IMG/VR virus record: IMGVR_UViG_3300016466_000019 | Span: 1 to 37,436 of that record | DNA length: 37,436 bases | Strand: one strand, 5' to 3' | Source: a virus | Taxonomy: Duplodnaviria > Caudoviricetes | Shown: positions 16,906 through 25,204 of the stretch, piece after piece | Layout: each line of letters begins with the position of its first letter | Position numbering within the stretch: the first letter of the stretch is position 1 | Translations under genes and position numbers: made by a program | Notes under the pieces: generated by a model | What the model saw: only the letters and a program-made list of their open reading frames with translations | Databases searched by the model: none | Told to the model about the DNA's origin: nothing

Positions 16906-17373
16906 TTACTCGTAACTCGCCGCGACATTCGCCACGATTGCGAACGCATTCACGACGCAATCGGTGGGTGCCGCAGTGTTGAGCAGAAGATCAATGGTGT
17001 CAGCCGAGGTCACAGCAGTTGGGTTCGCCAAGCTGGCAATCGTGTACCCCAGCGCGTTCGAGGCAGCGTTGTTCGCGTAAGCGTCCGCAGCAGCCGGAGA
17101 ACCACCAGTGAAGCCAAGGTCAAAAGTCGCCGTGGTATTCGTAGACTCGACCGTGGTCACCTGCAAGCCAGCACTCAGCACCACCGAACCGGCAGGCAGA
17201 GAGATAACTTGCAGAGTGTCATTAGCAACCAGCGCGGTAGCGCCAGCAGCGGCACGAGCAGCAACGATTGCCGCGAAGTCGAGCTTGACCTCGAACTTCG
17301 AGACTTCGGTGACGTTGGCGGGGAACGCAGCGGTTCCCTTGTTGAAGCCAAGAGAGTCGGTATATGCAGCCAT
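16906..17373 (-). CDS. Capsid cement/decoration protein
   Basis: 155 aa, DTLQVISLPAGSVVLSA motif, directly after the major capsid gene, AAAGGA RBS. Confidence 0.7.
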   Translation of the reverse strand: MAAYTDSLGFNKGTAAFPANVTEVSKFEVKLDFAAIVAARAAAGATALVANDTLQVISLPAGSVVLSAGLQVTTVESTNTTATFDLGFTGGSPAAADAYANNAASNALGYTIASLANPTAVTSADTIDLLLNTAAPTDCVVNAFAIVANVAASYE

Positions 17374-17406
17374 TTCAGTTTCCTTTCAGAGTTGAGTTGT
17401 GACCGA

Positions 17407-18330
17407 TCAGAACTGAACGACAGCCTGAGACAGCGCCTCACCCTTGACAACCTTGTAGCCGTAGACCTGAAGGCCACGGATGATGTTGCCGAAGGTGGAC
17501 TCAGAGCGGATGGTTTCCATGTTCGTCATCTGCGATGCGAACGTGAAGCCATACTTGTGTCCAGCGATGATGCTGTACTTGCCCGAGGTCTTGTACAGGT
17601 TGTGGCTCACGTAAACGGTGAAGCGGTCGATCATGCCCAGACGACCGTTACGGACGATGGACATGCTGTCGCCGGTCAGCGCAGCGTCCTTCAGTTCCGA
17701 CTTCTTAATCAAGCCAGCCATCTTGGCGGGGATAACCACGAAGCGGTTGTCTTCAGGGGCGTTGGCTTCGTCCAGCACGGTGCCCATGTCCACCAGCAGA
17801 TCGACAACCGAGGTGGTGCTAGAAGCGCCATCCTTGGTCACGGTCAGCGGCGAAGCGTTGGTGCCGAGGTTGAACGAGGCAGAGATAGCGCCAGCGGTCG
17901 CACCCTTGTTGGCAGCAGCGATACCGGGCAGGATGTCGGTCAGCACGCGCTGGTCAATCTTGATCTTCATACGCTCGGAAGCGTCCTTCGACCAAGTGTC
18001 CATCAGGTTGATGTCCGACTGAACCTTGTCCACATCGTCCTCAACGCAGGCGAAGTACTCGCCCTTGTCGATGACCAGTTGCAGCTTGGGCTTGTCCGGG
18101 TTCTCCACGGTCAGGGTCTGGCCCTTCACGTAGTCACGGATCGTGATTTCCGGCGTGGTGCGGATGTTCACGGTGTCACCGTACTGGCGAATCTCGCCTT
18201 CGTAATCGGTGTTCGAGATCGCTGCGAGCACGGTGGCATCGTAGAAATTCTCGATGAGCTTACCCGACCAGATTTCGGGGATGAAGTTGCCCGAGTAATT
18301 CGGGCGTCCGGGGGCGACGGGGAAAGACAT
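17407..18330 (-). CDS. Major capsid protein (HK97 fold, P22-coat-like)
   Basis: FIPEIWSGKL, NTDYEGEI..YGDTVNI, LDEANAPEDNR and RGLQVYGYKVV motifs. Follows the scaffold. Strong codon bias, GAGGAG RBS. Confidence 0.9.
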   Translation of the reverse strand: MSFPVAPGRPNYSGNFIPEIWSGKLIENFYDATVLAAISNTDYEGEIRQYGDTVNIRTTPEITIRDYVKGQTLTVENPDKPKLQLVIDKGEYFACVEDDVDKVQSDINLMDTWSKDASERMKIKIDQRVLTDILPGIAAANKGATAGAISASFNLGTNASPLTVTKDGASSTTSVVDLLVDMGTVLDEANAPEDNRFVVIPAKMAGLIKKSELKDAALTGDSMSIVRNGRLGMIDRFTVYVSHNLYKTSGKYSIIAGHKYGFTFASQMTNMETIRSESTFGNIIRGLQVYGYKVVKGEALSQAVVQF

Positions 18331-18346
18331 GATGAAACTCCTCTAA

Positions 18347-19390
18347 TCAAGCATTAGCGACAATGCGATTTTCCCGCTGTGCAGCGAAAATATCGCGTTC
18401 GATTCGATCCCGTTCTTGCTCTCGGCCTTTGTACTTGCCCTGCCTGACATCGTTGAAGAACTTCTGGATGTCTTGCGGACTGTACGTCTTGCCTTGTTTG
18501 GCAGTCGCAGGGGTGCCGGTGCTTCTCGAACGACCGGGGGAAACCTGCTTCTCCAACTCAGAGCCAGCGGCGGAACCAGTGGATTGAGCAACGGTGGCTT
18601 GTCCAGTGGACTCTAGCCAAGCACGGAAGAAATTGGCAACTCGGCCCGCATCAAGCGAGCGTTGCGCATCGTCGAGGTAGGTCTGGCGTGTGATGCCCGT
18701 CAGCGGGTCGGCCTGTAACAGCCACGACTGGAAGTCGGGGTTGTCGTTGACCTGCCGGAAGCTGGGGACAGCCGCACTCAGATCGGCCCAGAACTGCTGC
18801 TCTGCGGACACCTGCTGACGCTGGGCTACGGCTTGCACCTGTGGCACCACGCTAGTCTGCATCTGACGCAGGACTTGTTCAATCTGGGCAAGGCGCTGTG
18901 CCACGGGAACCAGTTCCTCGCGGGACACTTTGCGCATCACATCGAGCGACTCACCATACTCCTCAACATCCTTGTCGGTGACGAGCTTGTCAACGACGGG
19001 CTGAGGCTGGTGTTGCGCAGCCGTCTGCTGGGCAGACAGCGAGGCCAGCAACTGCTCCATCTGCTGCACGCGCTGAGACATCTCGCGGTTCTGCTGGTGC
19101 AGACGCGGGACTTCAGCGTTGTACATGCCTTGGAGAGTGCGCCATTTCTGAGCATACGTCTCAGAGTTGGCATCTTCCGAATTTGGTACATCACCCGTTT
19201 TCTGCTCATCTGCGGGTGACGGAGCAGCTACATTCGGCGCAGGATTCTCGTCGGCGGAGGCAGGTGCAGAGTTCTCAACGGGCGCGACGGTGCCATCGGC
19301 GGGCTTGCCTGTGTTGGCGTCACTGTTGAGTTGCTCGTACAACTGCTGTACAGCCTCGGTCTGTTTGCGAATTTGCTCTGGAAGGGCCAT
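18347..19390 (-). CDS. Capsid scaffolding protein
   Basis: Acidic/Pro-rich N-terminus, KWRTLQGMYNAEVPRL, coiled coils, short basic C-terminal helix. Lies between portal and major capsid. Confidence 0.8.
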   Translation of the reverse strand: MALPEQIRKQTEAVQQLYEQLNSDANTGKPADGTVAPVENSAPASADENPAPNVAAPSPADEQKTGDVPNSEDANSETYAQKWRTLQGMYNAEVPRLHQQNREMSQRVQQMEQLLASLSAQQTAAQHQPQPVVDKLVTDKDVEEYGESLDVMRKVSREELVPVAQRLAQIEQVLRQMQTSVVPQVQAVAQRQQVSAEQQFWADLSAAVPSFRQVNDNPDFQSWLLQADPLTGITRQTYLDDAQRSLDAGRVANFFRAWLESTGQATVAQSTGSAAGSELEKQVSPGRSRSTGTPATAKQGKTYSPQDIQKFFNDVRQGKYKGREQERDRIERDIFAAQRENRIVANA

Positions 19391-19434
19391 GTTGAACGCT
19401 CCTATCGGTGTGCGTGATTAGACGGCGAGTTTCG

Positions 19435-19650
19435 TCATAACTTTGCCGCCAAAGCAGGGGCTTGCTCCGCGAGATCAGCGATCTCGCTCAACACCTGACA
19501 GCGCCCCTGAAAGACTGCTGGGTGTTCTACCGCGCTGGGAAGCCGCTTCAACTCCCGCAACTCCCATTCCTTCAGCCATGCCAGAAACTCCGGGTGCTGA
19601 CGAACAAAGAGGGCGAGAGCCTTCACGACTTGGGGTTCGGGCTTGATCAT
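19435..19650 (-). CDS. Small conserved protein after the portal (FQGRCQVL motif)
   Basis: 71 aa, ATGA overlap with the portal stop. Confidence 0.75.
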   Translation of the reverse strand: MIKPEPQVVKALALFVRQHPEFLAWLKEWELRELKRLPSAVEHPAVFQGRCQVLSEIADLAEQAPALAAKL

Positions 19651-21716
19651 GCAGCCATACCCCCTGCGCGGCTCATCACTGTGTTGGCTTCCATTCCACC
19701 TTTGGGAGTACCGTCAGGACGTTCAGGGGTCGCGGCGGCAGGGGCTTGAGCTTGCTGCTGTTGTGCAGCCGCAGCCATCGCCCGAGCCTGAATGCGGCCC
19801 TGATAGTCAGACTTCTCCCGAGATGGAACAACTTCCTCCACAGGCATCTGCAACCCTTTCGCCACTTCCCGCAGGATCGTGGCGCGTCCATCCTTGCCGA
19901 TAATCTCAAGATCAATCGGGTTGGCGGTTGCGTTGAGGAACTCGATGCGGCGGATGTTGACAGTCTCCTTGACCGCGAGATTGATCGCGCCCTTGGCAAT
20001 GACTTCAACGTCGCCCTTGATCGACTCGTCTTCGTCGTAGCGCATGTTGTACACGAACTGGCGCATGACGATGGGTTTGACGACATCCGTGTCTATGTGC
20101 ATGACCACCTGCCGGATACCTTTACCGGCAGCGCCCATCAGCATGGACAGACCGGACGAGGTACGCCCAGCGCCTTGCACGTTGAGATCGCCGTACACAT
20201 AGGCAGGGATGCCGGAATGATCATCAGCCAGACGGCTGAACTTCTCATACACAGCCATGAGTTCACTGGCCCGTGAGTCGGGCTGCGTGAACCGGATAGC
20301 AGGCGCACTCGACCCCACTGGATCGTTGATCGTCTGCCAGATTTTCCACGGGGCAAGTTGTGTGATGTCCTCGTTGGGCGGCAGGCGCTCGACGTTGACC
20401 TCAACCTGCGGCCCGCTGCTGATCCCCATGTTATTGACCAGCGCACGAGCCGCAGCGTTGCACACCCCTTGCAAGTCTTCAATGATCTCGGGGATGCCCT
20501 TGCCCCAGAACGCGCCGGGGCACTTGATGAACGAGGTCTTGCAGTACGGCTTCTCCCCGAGGGGGTCATAGTTCAGCACTGCCTTGATGACGACATTGCC
20601 CACCATCCAGACGTTGGCGTCGTACTCGCGGGCGTCATCAGGAACCTCCTCCTCGGACAGCCCCCACTCACGCAGCATCTTGCCGCTGACCTTGCCCCAG
20701 AACTCCAGCGCGTCGAACTCGGTCGTCGGGCGCATATAGCTGTAGTACTTGCGCTCCTCCTCGTTCTTCTGAAGTTCAACATCCTGATTGATCCACGACT
20801 GGCCGTTGCCGATCTCCAGCACCTTGCGAATGGCGTCGTCGTCATAACCGGGCACGCCGATCAAGTCGGACAACTGCATCCGCGACAGCGGGTGATACTG
20901 GAACAGGTAGCCTTCGTGGATGTTGCTGATCCCCGGCTCGGGGTAGATGTAGAACGGATCGACCCGCTCGTACTCCGGGCCAAGTCGCTCAATCGGCTCG
21001 ACCACAGTGCGGCCCGTAGCGTCGATCTTCCACCCCAGCGCACGCTGGCGGCGAACGACCGGCCCCTTGATGAAGGCCGCAGGGAACGTCACGAGGTCGG
21101 TGATGAAGTCGTTGAACGACTCCTCCCAGCCGCCCTGCGCGAACTGATCCTGAATCTTGATCTTCATGCGGTCAGCACGTAGCTGCGCCTGTCGCAAAAC
21201 GTCGAAGCGGTAGTCCTGAGACACCATCTCCTTGATCTCGCGCATCTCCTCTGGGTTCGGAGCCTTTCCGTACTCCTCGACAAGTTTGAGTACCTTCTCC
21301 GCGAAGATGCCCTGCACCTCCCGCGCCTGCATCGGAGACAGGTCAGGGATGGGAGTGGCGTGCAAGTCCCACGGAGGAGAGCCGTTGTCGAGCAAGATGT
21401 CGCGCAGCCATGACTCAGCCGCACGGCACTTGACCTCTGTGACCATCATGTAAATCTCGGAGCCACCCTGCGAGCGAATCTGCCGCAACTTGTCGGCGTC
21501 GTACTCGCCGTTGCGCTGGCGCAGAGCCTGCAACATCTTCTGCTCGATGGGGCGCTTCGCCATCTCGGCGGCGTCCCAGCACTCCCGCAAGTAACCCGCC
21601 AACCCAAGGATGACAGACTGATTCTGGCGATCCTGCAAGGCGCGGTCGGAGGCTTCTCGCTCTTGCCGCGCAAGTTCGGAGTTTGATACAACTCGCAGGA
21701 ATGTCAGTCCAGCCAT
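19647..21716 (-). CDS. Portal protein
   Basis: 689 aa, FWGKGIPE, ARALVNN, SGIPAY and AGRTSSGLSMLM motifs. Lies between terL and scaffold. Confidence 0.9.
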   Translation of the reverse strand: MAGLTFLRVVSNSELARQEREASDRALQDRQNQSVILGLAGYLRECWDAAEMAKRPIEQKMLQALRQRNGEYDADKLRQIRSQGGSEIYMMVTEVKCRAAESWLRDILLDNGSPPWDLHATPIPDLSPMQAREVQGIFAEKVLKLVEEYGKAPNPEEMREIKEMVSQDYRFDVLRQAQLRADRMKIKIQDQFAQGGWEESFNDFITDLVTFPAAFIKGPVVRRQRALGWKIDATGRTVVEPIERLGPEYERVDPFYIYPEPGISNIHEGYLFQYHPLSRMQLSDLIGVPGYDDDAIRKVLEIGNGQSWINQDVELQKNEEERKYYSYMRPTTEFDALEFWGKVSGKMLREWGLSEEEVPDDAREYDANVWMVGNVVIKAVLNYDPLGEKPYCKTSFIKCPGAFWGKGIPEIIEDLQGVCNAAARALVNNMGISSGPQVEVNVERLPPNEDITQLAPWKIWQTINDPVGSSAPAIRFTQPDSRASELMAVYEKFSRLADDHSGIPAYVYGDLNVQGAGRTSSGLSMLMGAAGKGIRQVVMHIDTDVVKPIVMRQFVYNMRYDEDESIKGDVEVIAKGAINLAVKETVNIRRIEFLNATANPIDLEIIGKDGRATILREVAKGLQMPVEEVVPSREKSDYQGRIQARAMAAAAQQQQAQAPAAATPERPDGTPKGGMEANTVMSRAGGMAA

Positions 21717-21721
21717 TGTGC

Positions 21722-22039
21722 TTACTTCCAGTGGGAGCAGCTATTGCCGTATTCGCCCTCGTCCATCTCCTCACCCTTGACGATTTCCATCGCCATGTAC
21801 GGAGACGTGCCACCGTTGACCAGCTTGGCGGCTTGCTTGAGCTTCGGGATGTTGGTGATGGTCTGCGTCTTGTTGAGGTCTTCCTCCTCACGCAGCGCCT
21901 TCATAAACAACTTGCCACCAGTCACTTCCTTGGGGGGAAGCGGGCGCATGTCGTAACCCATCTGCGGCATCTTCGCCCGCACCCCAGACGTGTCCATCTT
22001 GGAGTTTGTTGAGAAGATCGTGAATGATTTTGTCGCCAT
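21722..22039 (-). CDS. Hypothetical Met/Lys-rich protein
   Basis: 105 aa, TAAGGAGG RBS, own promoter upstream. Confidence 0.75.
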   Translation of the reverse strand: MATKSFTIFSTNSKMDTSGVRAKMPQMGYDMRPLPPKEVTGGKLFMKALREEEDLNKTQTITNIPKLKQAAKLVNGGTSPYMAMEIVKGEEMDEGEYGNSCSHWK

Positions 22040-22058
22040 AGCGCCTCCTTACGGCAGG

Positions 22059-22087
22059 GTTCTAGCAACAAGTATACAGGGTGTCAA
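22059..22087 (-). promoter_or_regulatory. sigma70-type promoter for the head operon
   Basis: TTGACA (22087-22082), 17-bp spacer, TGc-TAGAAC extended -10 (22064-22059). Confidence 0.6.
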
Positions 22088-22089
22088 GC

Positions 22090-22123
22090 AAAAAGAAAGC
22101 CCCCGGAGATACTCACGGGGGCT
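22090..22123 (-). terminator. Intrinsic terminator after terL
   Basis: AGCCCCCG-loop-CGGGGGCT followed by TTCTTTTT on the minus strand. Confidence 0.8.
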
Positions 22124-22187
22124 AAATCCCAACTGGAGTTGAAGGGAGGGAGGTGACAACTGTCGAAGGGACAGCGATAGCAATGTA

Positions 22188-23576
22188 TCACGTCCATCCG
22201 GCTGCGGCAACAACCTTGACCTCACGGCGCTGTGGCATATAGTGCCCTTCCCCCGCAGAGGCGATGTGCAGCATCAGGTACTGTAGCGCCTCGGCAACGT
22301 GCGAGTGCTTGTTCTTGTCGATGTCGCCATCGCCTCGGGGTTTGTACCTATAGCCCCCCATCATGGCCGCTTTGAGTTGTGTGCAGCGGGGGTCAACGAG
22401 GAAGCCGGGGTCACCGTCCACCTGCCGCATGAGGTACTCGTCCACAGCGTTGATGCGGGCCGACACGTTGTTGGTCTTGGCCGGGATGACCCGCATCCCC
22501 TCGGCCTTGATGATGTCCACCGCACTGCGCTCGTCAGTCTGCGCCCGCTGGATACCAGCCGGGTCGGTCACCACCAGCACTGGCGCACCGGGGAACCGCT
22601 CATAGAGCAGGGGCTTGAGGACGGTGCGGACGAATCGCTGGATGCCCATGTCGAACGAGACAGCCTCGTCCAGTATCAGCGCCCGCCCTCTCGGGTCTTG
22701 CTGGCCGATCACTGCTGCTGGGGTTAACCCTAAGTCCATACCGACAATGATGGGCCGCACGCCGTTGATGATGGGCCGCAGCCGCGCCGTCGCCATGTGA
22801 TAGTCGGGCCGGAAGTACTTGTACACCGGCATACCTGCCGACGACAGCCCGTACTCGCCGTCGATGTAAACCCGGATGTACTCCTCGCTGCGGCCCTGCG
22901 TGTCGTAGTACCCATCGGGCAGGTTCTCGACGTTCTCCGCATGGGGGCTACGCCCCGAGGGCTGCTTGAAGACTGCCCAGCCGTTGTTGTTGGGCGAGAC
23001 GCCATCCTTGGCATCCAGCCCCTCCATCTGGTAGTACCACCACGTATCCATCGTCGGCGGGTTGGTATCACCCCACATGCCGTGCCACGTCGGGCCTCCG
23101 TCCTTGGCGGACGGGAAGCGCCCCACGCGCTTTGACATGGCGTCCACGATGTCCGGGTGGATGTCGCGGCACTCGTTGAACCACGCGAACGAAAGTTCCA
23201 GCGAGTTCAGGTTCGCCACGTCGTCAGCATCATCGAGCGCCCGGAACATGATCTCGCACTCCACGTCGCCCACCTTGAAGAAGTAGGTCTTGGTGGTGCG
23301 CATGTAGTCCCCACACTGTCCGGGCGGGAACCAGTCGAGGAACGTCTTGATGGTGGTGTCCTGCAACTGCCGTGCCGTTTCCCGCACGATAGCCGCCCGC
23401 GTCTTGCGCACGCCGTTGGCGTTGGGTTTCTGCATGGACGCACGGCGCACCACCTCGAAGGAGCAGGTCACGCTCTTGCCACTGCCCACCGGCCCCATGA
23501 GGACGCGCATCTTGGCGTCCGAGGCCATGAACTTCTTGCCCGTAGGCGGTGGGGTGTAGTTGATGTCAAGCGGCAC
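22188..23576 (-). CDS. terL: Terminase large subunit
   Basis: Walker A GPVGSGKS, Walker B FAWFNE, DTNPP coupling motif, nuclease GMDLG/TDPAG/HSHVAEALQY. Probable GTG start at 23576 (ORF track gives 23615). Confidence 0.93.
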   Translation of the reverse strand: MPLDINYTPPPTGKKFMASDAKMRVLMGPVGSGKSVTCSFEVVRRASMQKPNANGVRKTRAAIVRETARQLQDTTIKTFLDWFPPGQCGDYMRTTKTYFFKVGDVECEIMFRALDDADDVANLNSLELSFAWFNECRDIHPDIVDAMSKRVGRFPSAKDGGPTWHGMWGDTNPPTMDTWWYYQMEGLDAKDGVSPNNNGWAVFKQPSGRSPHAENVENLPDGYYDTQGRSEEYIRVYIDGEYGLSSAGMPVYKYFRPDYHMATARLRPIINGVRPIIVGMDLGLTPAAVIGQQDPRGRALILDEAVSFDMGIQRFVRTVLKPLLYERFPGAPVLVVTDPAGIQRAQTDERSAVDIIKAEGMRVIPAKTNNVSARINAVDEYLMRQVDGDPGFLVDPRCTQLKAAMMGGYRYKPRGDGDIDKNKHSHVAEALQYLMLHIASAGEGHYMPQRREVKVVAAAGWT

Positions 23577-23772
23577 TGGGCGATCCAACGAGCAGGATGA
23601 TGAACTCACGCCCACGCTTCTTGTTGCGCGTGATCTTGGTCTGGTACGACATGCTGGCCCGCCCCAGCGCGTTCTCCACCATGATGGCCTCGGAGGCGCT
23701 GCGCAGCTTTACAGCCTTGAACCCCTCGTAGGTTTGCGTGAACAGGTCTTCAAGTTTCGATGGCAGTTGCAT
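23566..23772 (-). CDS. Hypothetical protein between terS and terL (68 aa)
   Basis: MQLPSKLEDLF... overlaps both neighbours by a few codons. Confidence 0.6.
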   Translation of the reverse strand: MQLPSKLEDLFTQTYEGFKAVKLRSASEAIMVENALGRASMSYQTKITRNKKRGREFIILLVGSPSAA

Positions 23773-24229
23773 CCTCAGCCTCGATGGTGGTCGCTTCAAT
23801 GGTGCGGGAGTCTCGGGGGTCAGGCCCGAGGTTGATGGTGATCTTCACGCCCCCAGTACCACCGTCGCCGGGGGCTGAGTCCTTCGGCTCCAGTCCTGCC
23901 CACTTCACCGTGGACTTGATCAGGTCGGCCTTGACTGCGGGGGATACGGCTGGATCGTGAATCAACAGCCACGAAGTTGTCAGGAGTTCTTCAGCCTGTG
24001 CGCGAGCTTTGAGTTTGAACGTCAGTCCCTTGTCGCGGACTTCGTTGCGGTAGTGCTCCACCTTCTTCAAGAAGATGGGGTCGGCGTTGTAGACGAGTAT
24101 GTCGTTGGCGGTGATGTTGTGCCGCCCCATGATTTCTTGGAGCGTCTCACCACTGCCCTCAAGCGTCAGCGCCACGTCAAAGGCGAGACGGTCGTTCCAT
24201 TTGGTGTGGTGTAGGGGCAGGTTATCCAT
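23750..24229 (-). CDS. terS: Probable terminase small subunit
   Basis: 159 aa helical protein with C-terminal GGVKITINLG strand, upstream of terL. Confidence 0.65.
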   Translation of the reverse strand: MDNLPLHHTKWNDRLAFDVALTLEGSGETLQEIMGRHNITANDILVYNADPIFLKKVEHYRNEVRDKGLTFKLKARAQAEELLTTSWLLIHDPAVSPAVKADLIKSTVKWAGLEPKDSAPGDGGTGGVKITINLGPDPRDSRTIEATTIEAEDATAIET

Positions 24230-24236
24230 GCTGGGG

Positions 24237-24266
24237 AATATAGGCGTGGAATGACGGAGGTGTCAA
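24237..24266 (-). promoter_or_regulatory. sigma70-type promoter for terS, probably leaderless
   Basis: TTGACA-18 bp-TATATT, with only 7 nt between the -10 and the terS ATG. No SD. Confidence 0.6.
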
Positions 24267-24460
24267 GAGTGAGGTATTGTAACTTTACACGTCCTATTTT
24301 CGGGTCTTGGTTTATGAGGTTCCCTACAACACCGGGGGGGCTTGCTTTCGCCAGTCCATGTACCCCCCTGCCTGCCCGCTCATGCCCGCCCAGCGCCCGC
24401 TCGCCCAGCGAAAGACCCTACTGTGGCAAGGGTCATTTTCCCCTTCGGGAACCTCGACAC

Positions 24461-24489
24461 TTGACATCAACGTCAAGCTGTGGGAGTCT
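24461..24489 (+). promoter_or_regulatory. Putative early promoter P1: TTGACA-N17-GAGTCT
   Basis: Same architecture as 25702-25730. A CTTGAC-N6-GTCAAG inverted repeat overlaps the -35. Confidence 0.55.
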
Positions 24490-24580
24490 GGATTTGTCGA
24501 CGGCGCAGTCGTCGACGGGTAGGTGAAGATGACCTACTCACCTGCTCTTTTACAACTAGGTCGCCACTGGAGGTTTTGCC

Positions 24581-24880
24581 ATGAGTGCAAAAACTTTTGA
24601 AGGCGGTGTTTCGATAGTCAAGAACACCAAGGGCGAGATCGCGCTGAAACGTGATCCCGAGGGCAAGTTCAACGCTGGCAACGCGGCAGAGTGCTACGGC
24701 ACGATGCAGCAACTGGCGAAGAAGCTCAAGGCGAGTATCAACAAGTACTCGCTTTTCATGGTGGAAGGCGGCACGGAACCAGTCCTTCTGGCGAATCGGT
24801 ACGGTAACCCGTACATCGCTCTCCTGCCGAAACGCAGCGAGAACGCGGTGAAACGCGGTGCTGTAACGAAACTGGCGTAA
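24581..24880 (+). CDS. Early protein, paralog A
   Basis: 99 aa, GGAGG RBS. Shares PVL..(N/D)RYG.PYIALLP.R and the VTKLA end with 25790-26080. Confidence 0.85.
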   Translation: MSAKTFEGGVSIVKNTKGEIALKRDPEGKFNAGNAAECYGTMQQLAKKLKASINKYSLFMVEGGTEPVLLANRYGNPYIALLPKRSENAVKRGAVTKLA

Positions 24881-24891
24881 GAGCCTTGCCC

Positions 24892-24925
24892 CCCTGCCCG
24901 GAGCGATCCGGGCAGGGATTTTCTT
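24892..24925 (+). terminator. Intrinsic terminator
   Basis: CCCTGCCCGGA-GCGA-TCCGGGCAGGG (11-bp stem) then ATTTTCTT. Confidence 0.75.
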
Positions 24926-24943
24926 CCCTGAACTGGAGTGACC

Positions 24944-25072
24944 ATGAACAAGTACTCACAAGGCTGGCGTGAACTGAACGAACCAGCGAACGATGACCAC
25001 AAGCTACTACATGTCCTATGGGTTGGCCCACTGTTGTGGCTGATCCTGTGGCTGGCAATGGCACTGTTCTAA
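24944..25072 (+). CDS. Small membrane peptide (42 aa)
   Basis: MNKYSQGWRELNEPANDDHKLLHVLWVGPLLWLILWLAMALF*. GGAG RBS, followed by a terminator. Not in the ORF track. Confidence 0.7.
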   Translation: MNKYSQGWRELNEPANDDHKLLHVLWVGPLLWLILWLAMALF

Positions 25073-25075
25073 CCC

Positions 25076-25103
25076 AAGGGCCGCGCAAGCGGCCTTTCTT
25101 TTT
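25076..25103 (+). terminator. Intrinsic terminator
   Basis: GGCCGC-GCAA-GCGGCC then TTTCTTTTT. Confidence 0.85.
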
Positions 25104-25204
25104 GCCCTGCGTGCGGGCGAACAGGCGTTATGAGGGGGGTCGATGTTTGCTTTGTGTTCCTACTACGTAGGACTATACGTCGGGGGGTCACGGCTCGCAC
25201 TTTA

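Noticed and set aside
17374-17410. Capsid stop read-through into the decoration gene
   Set aside because: A second in-frame TGA follows after six codons, no slippery site is apparent, and the next gene has its own RBS.
16660-18357. 565-aa plus-strand ORF
   Set aside because: Antisense shadow of the strongly codon-biased capsid genes. No RBS and no recognisable motifs.
22153-22242. Plus-strand mini-ORF behind the GGGAGGGAGG purine tract
   Set aside because: Antisense to terL, the GTG abuts the SD-like tract with no spacer, and there is no promoter. The tract is better explained on the minus strand.
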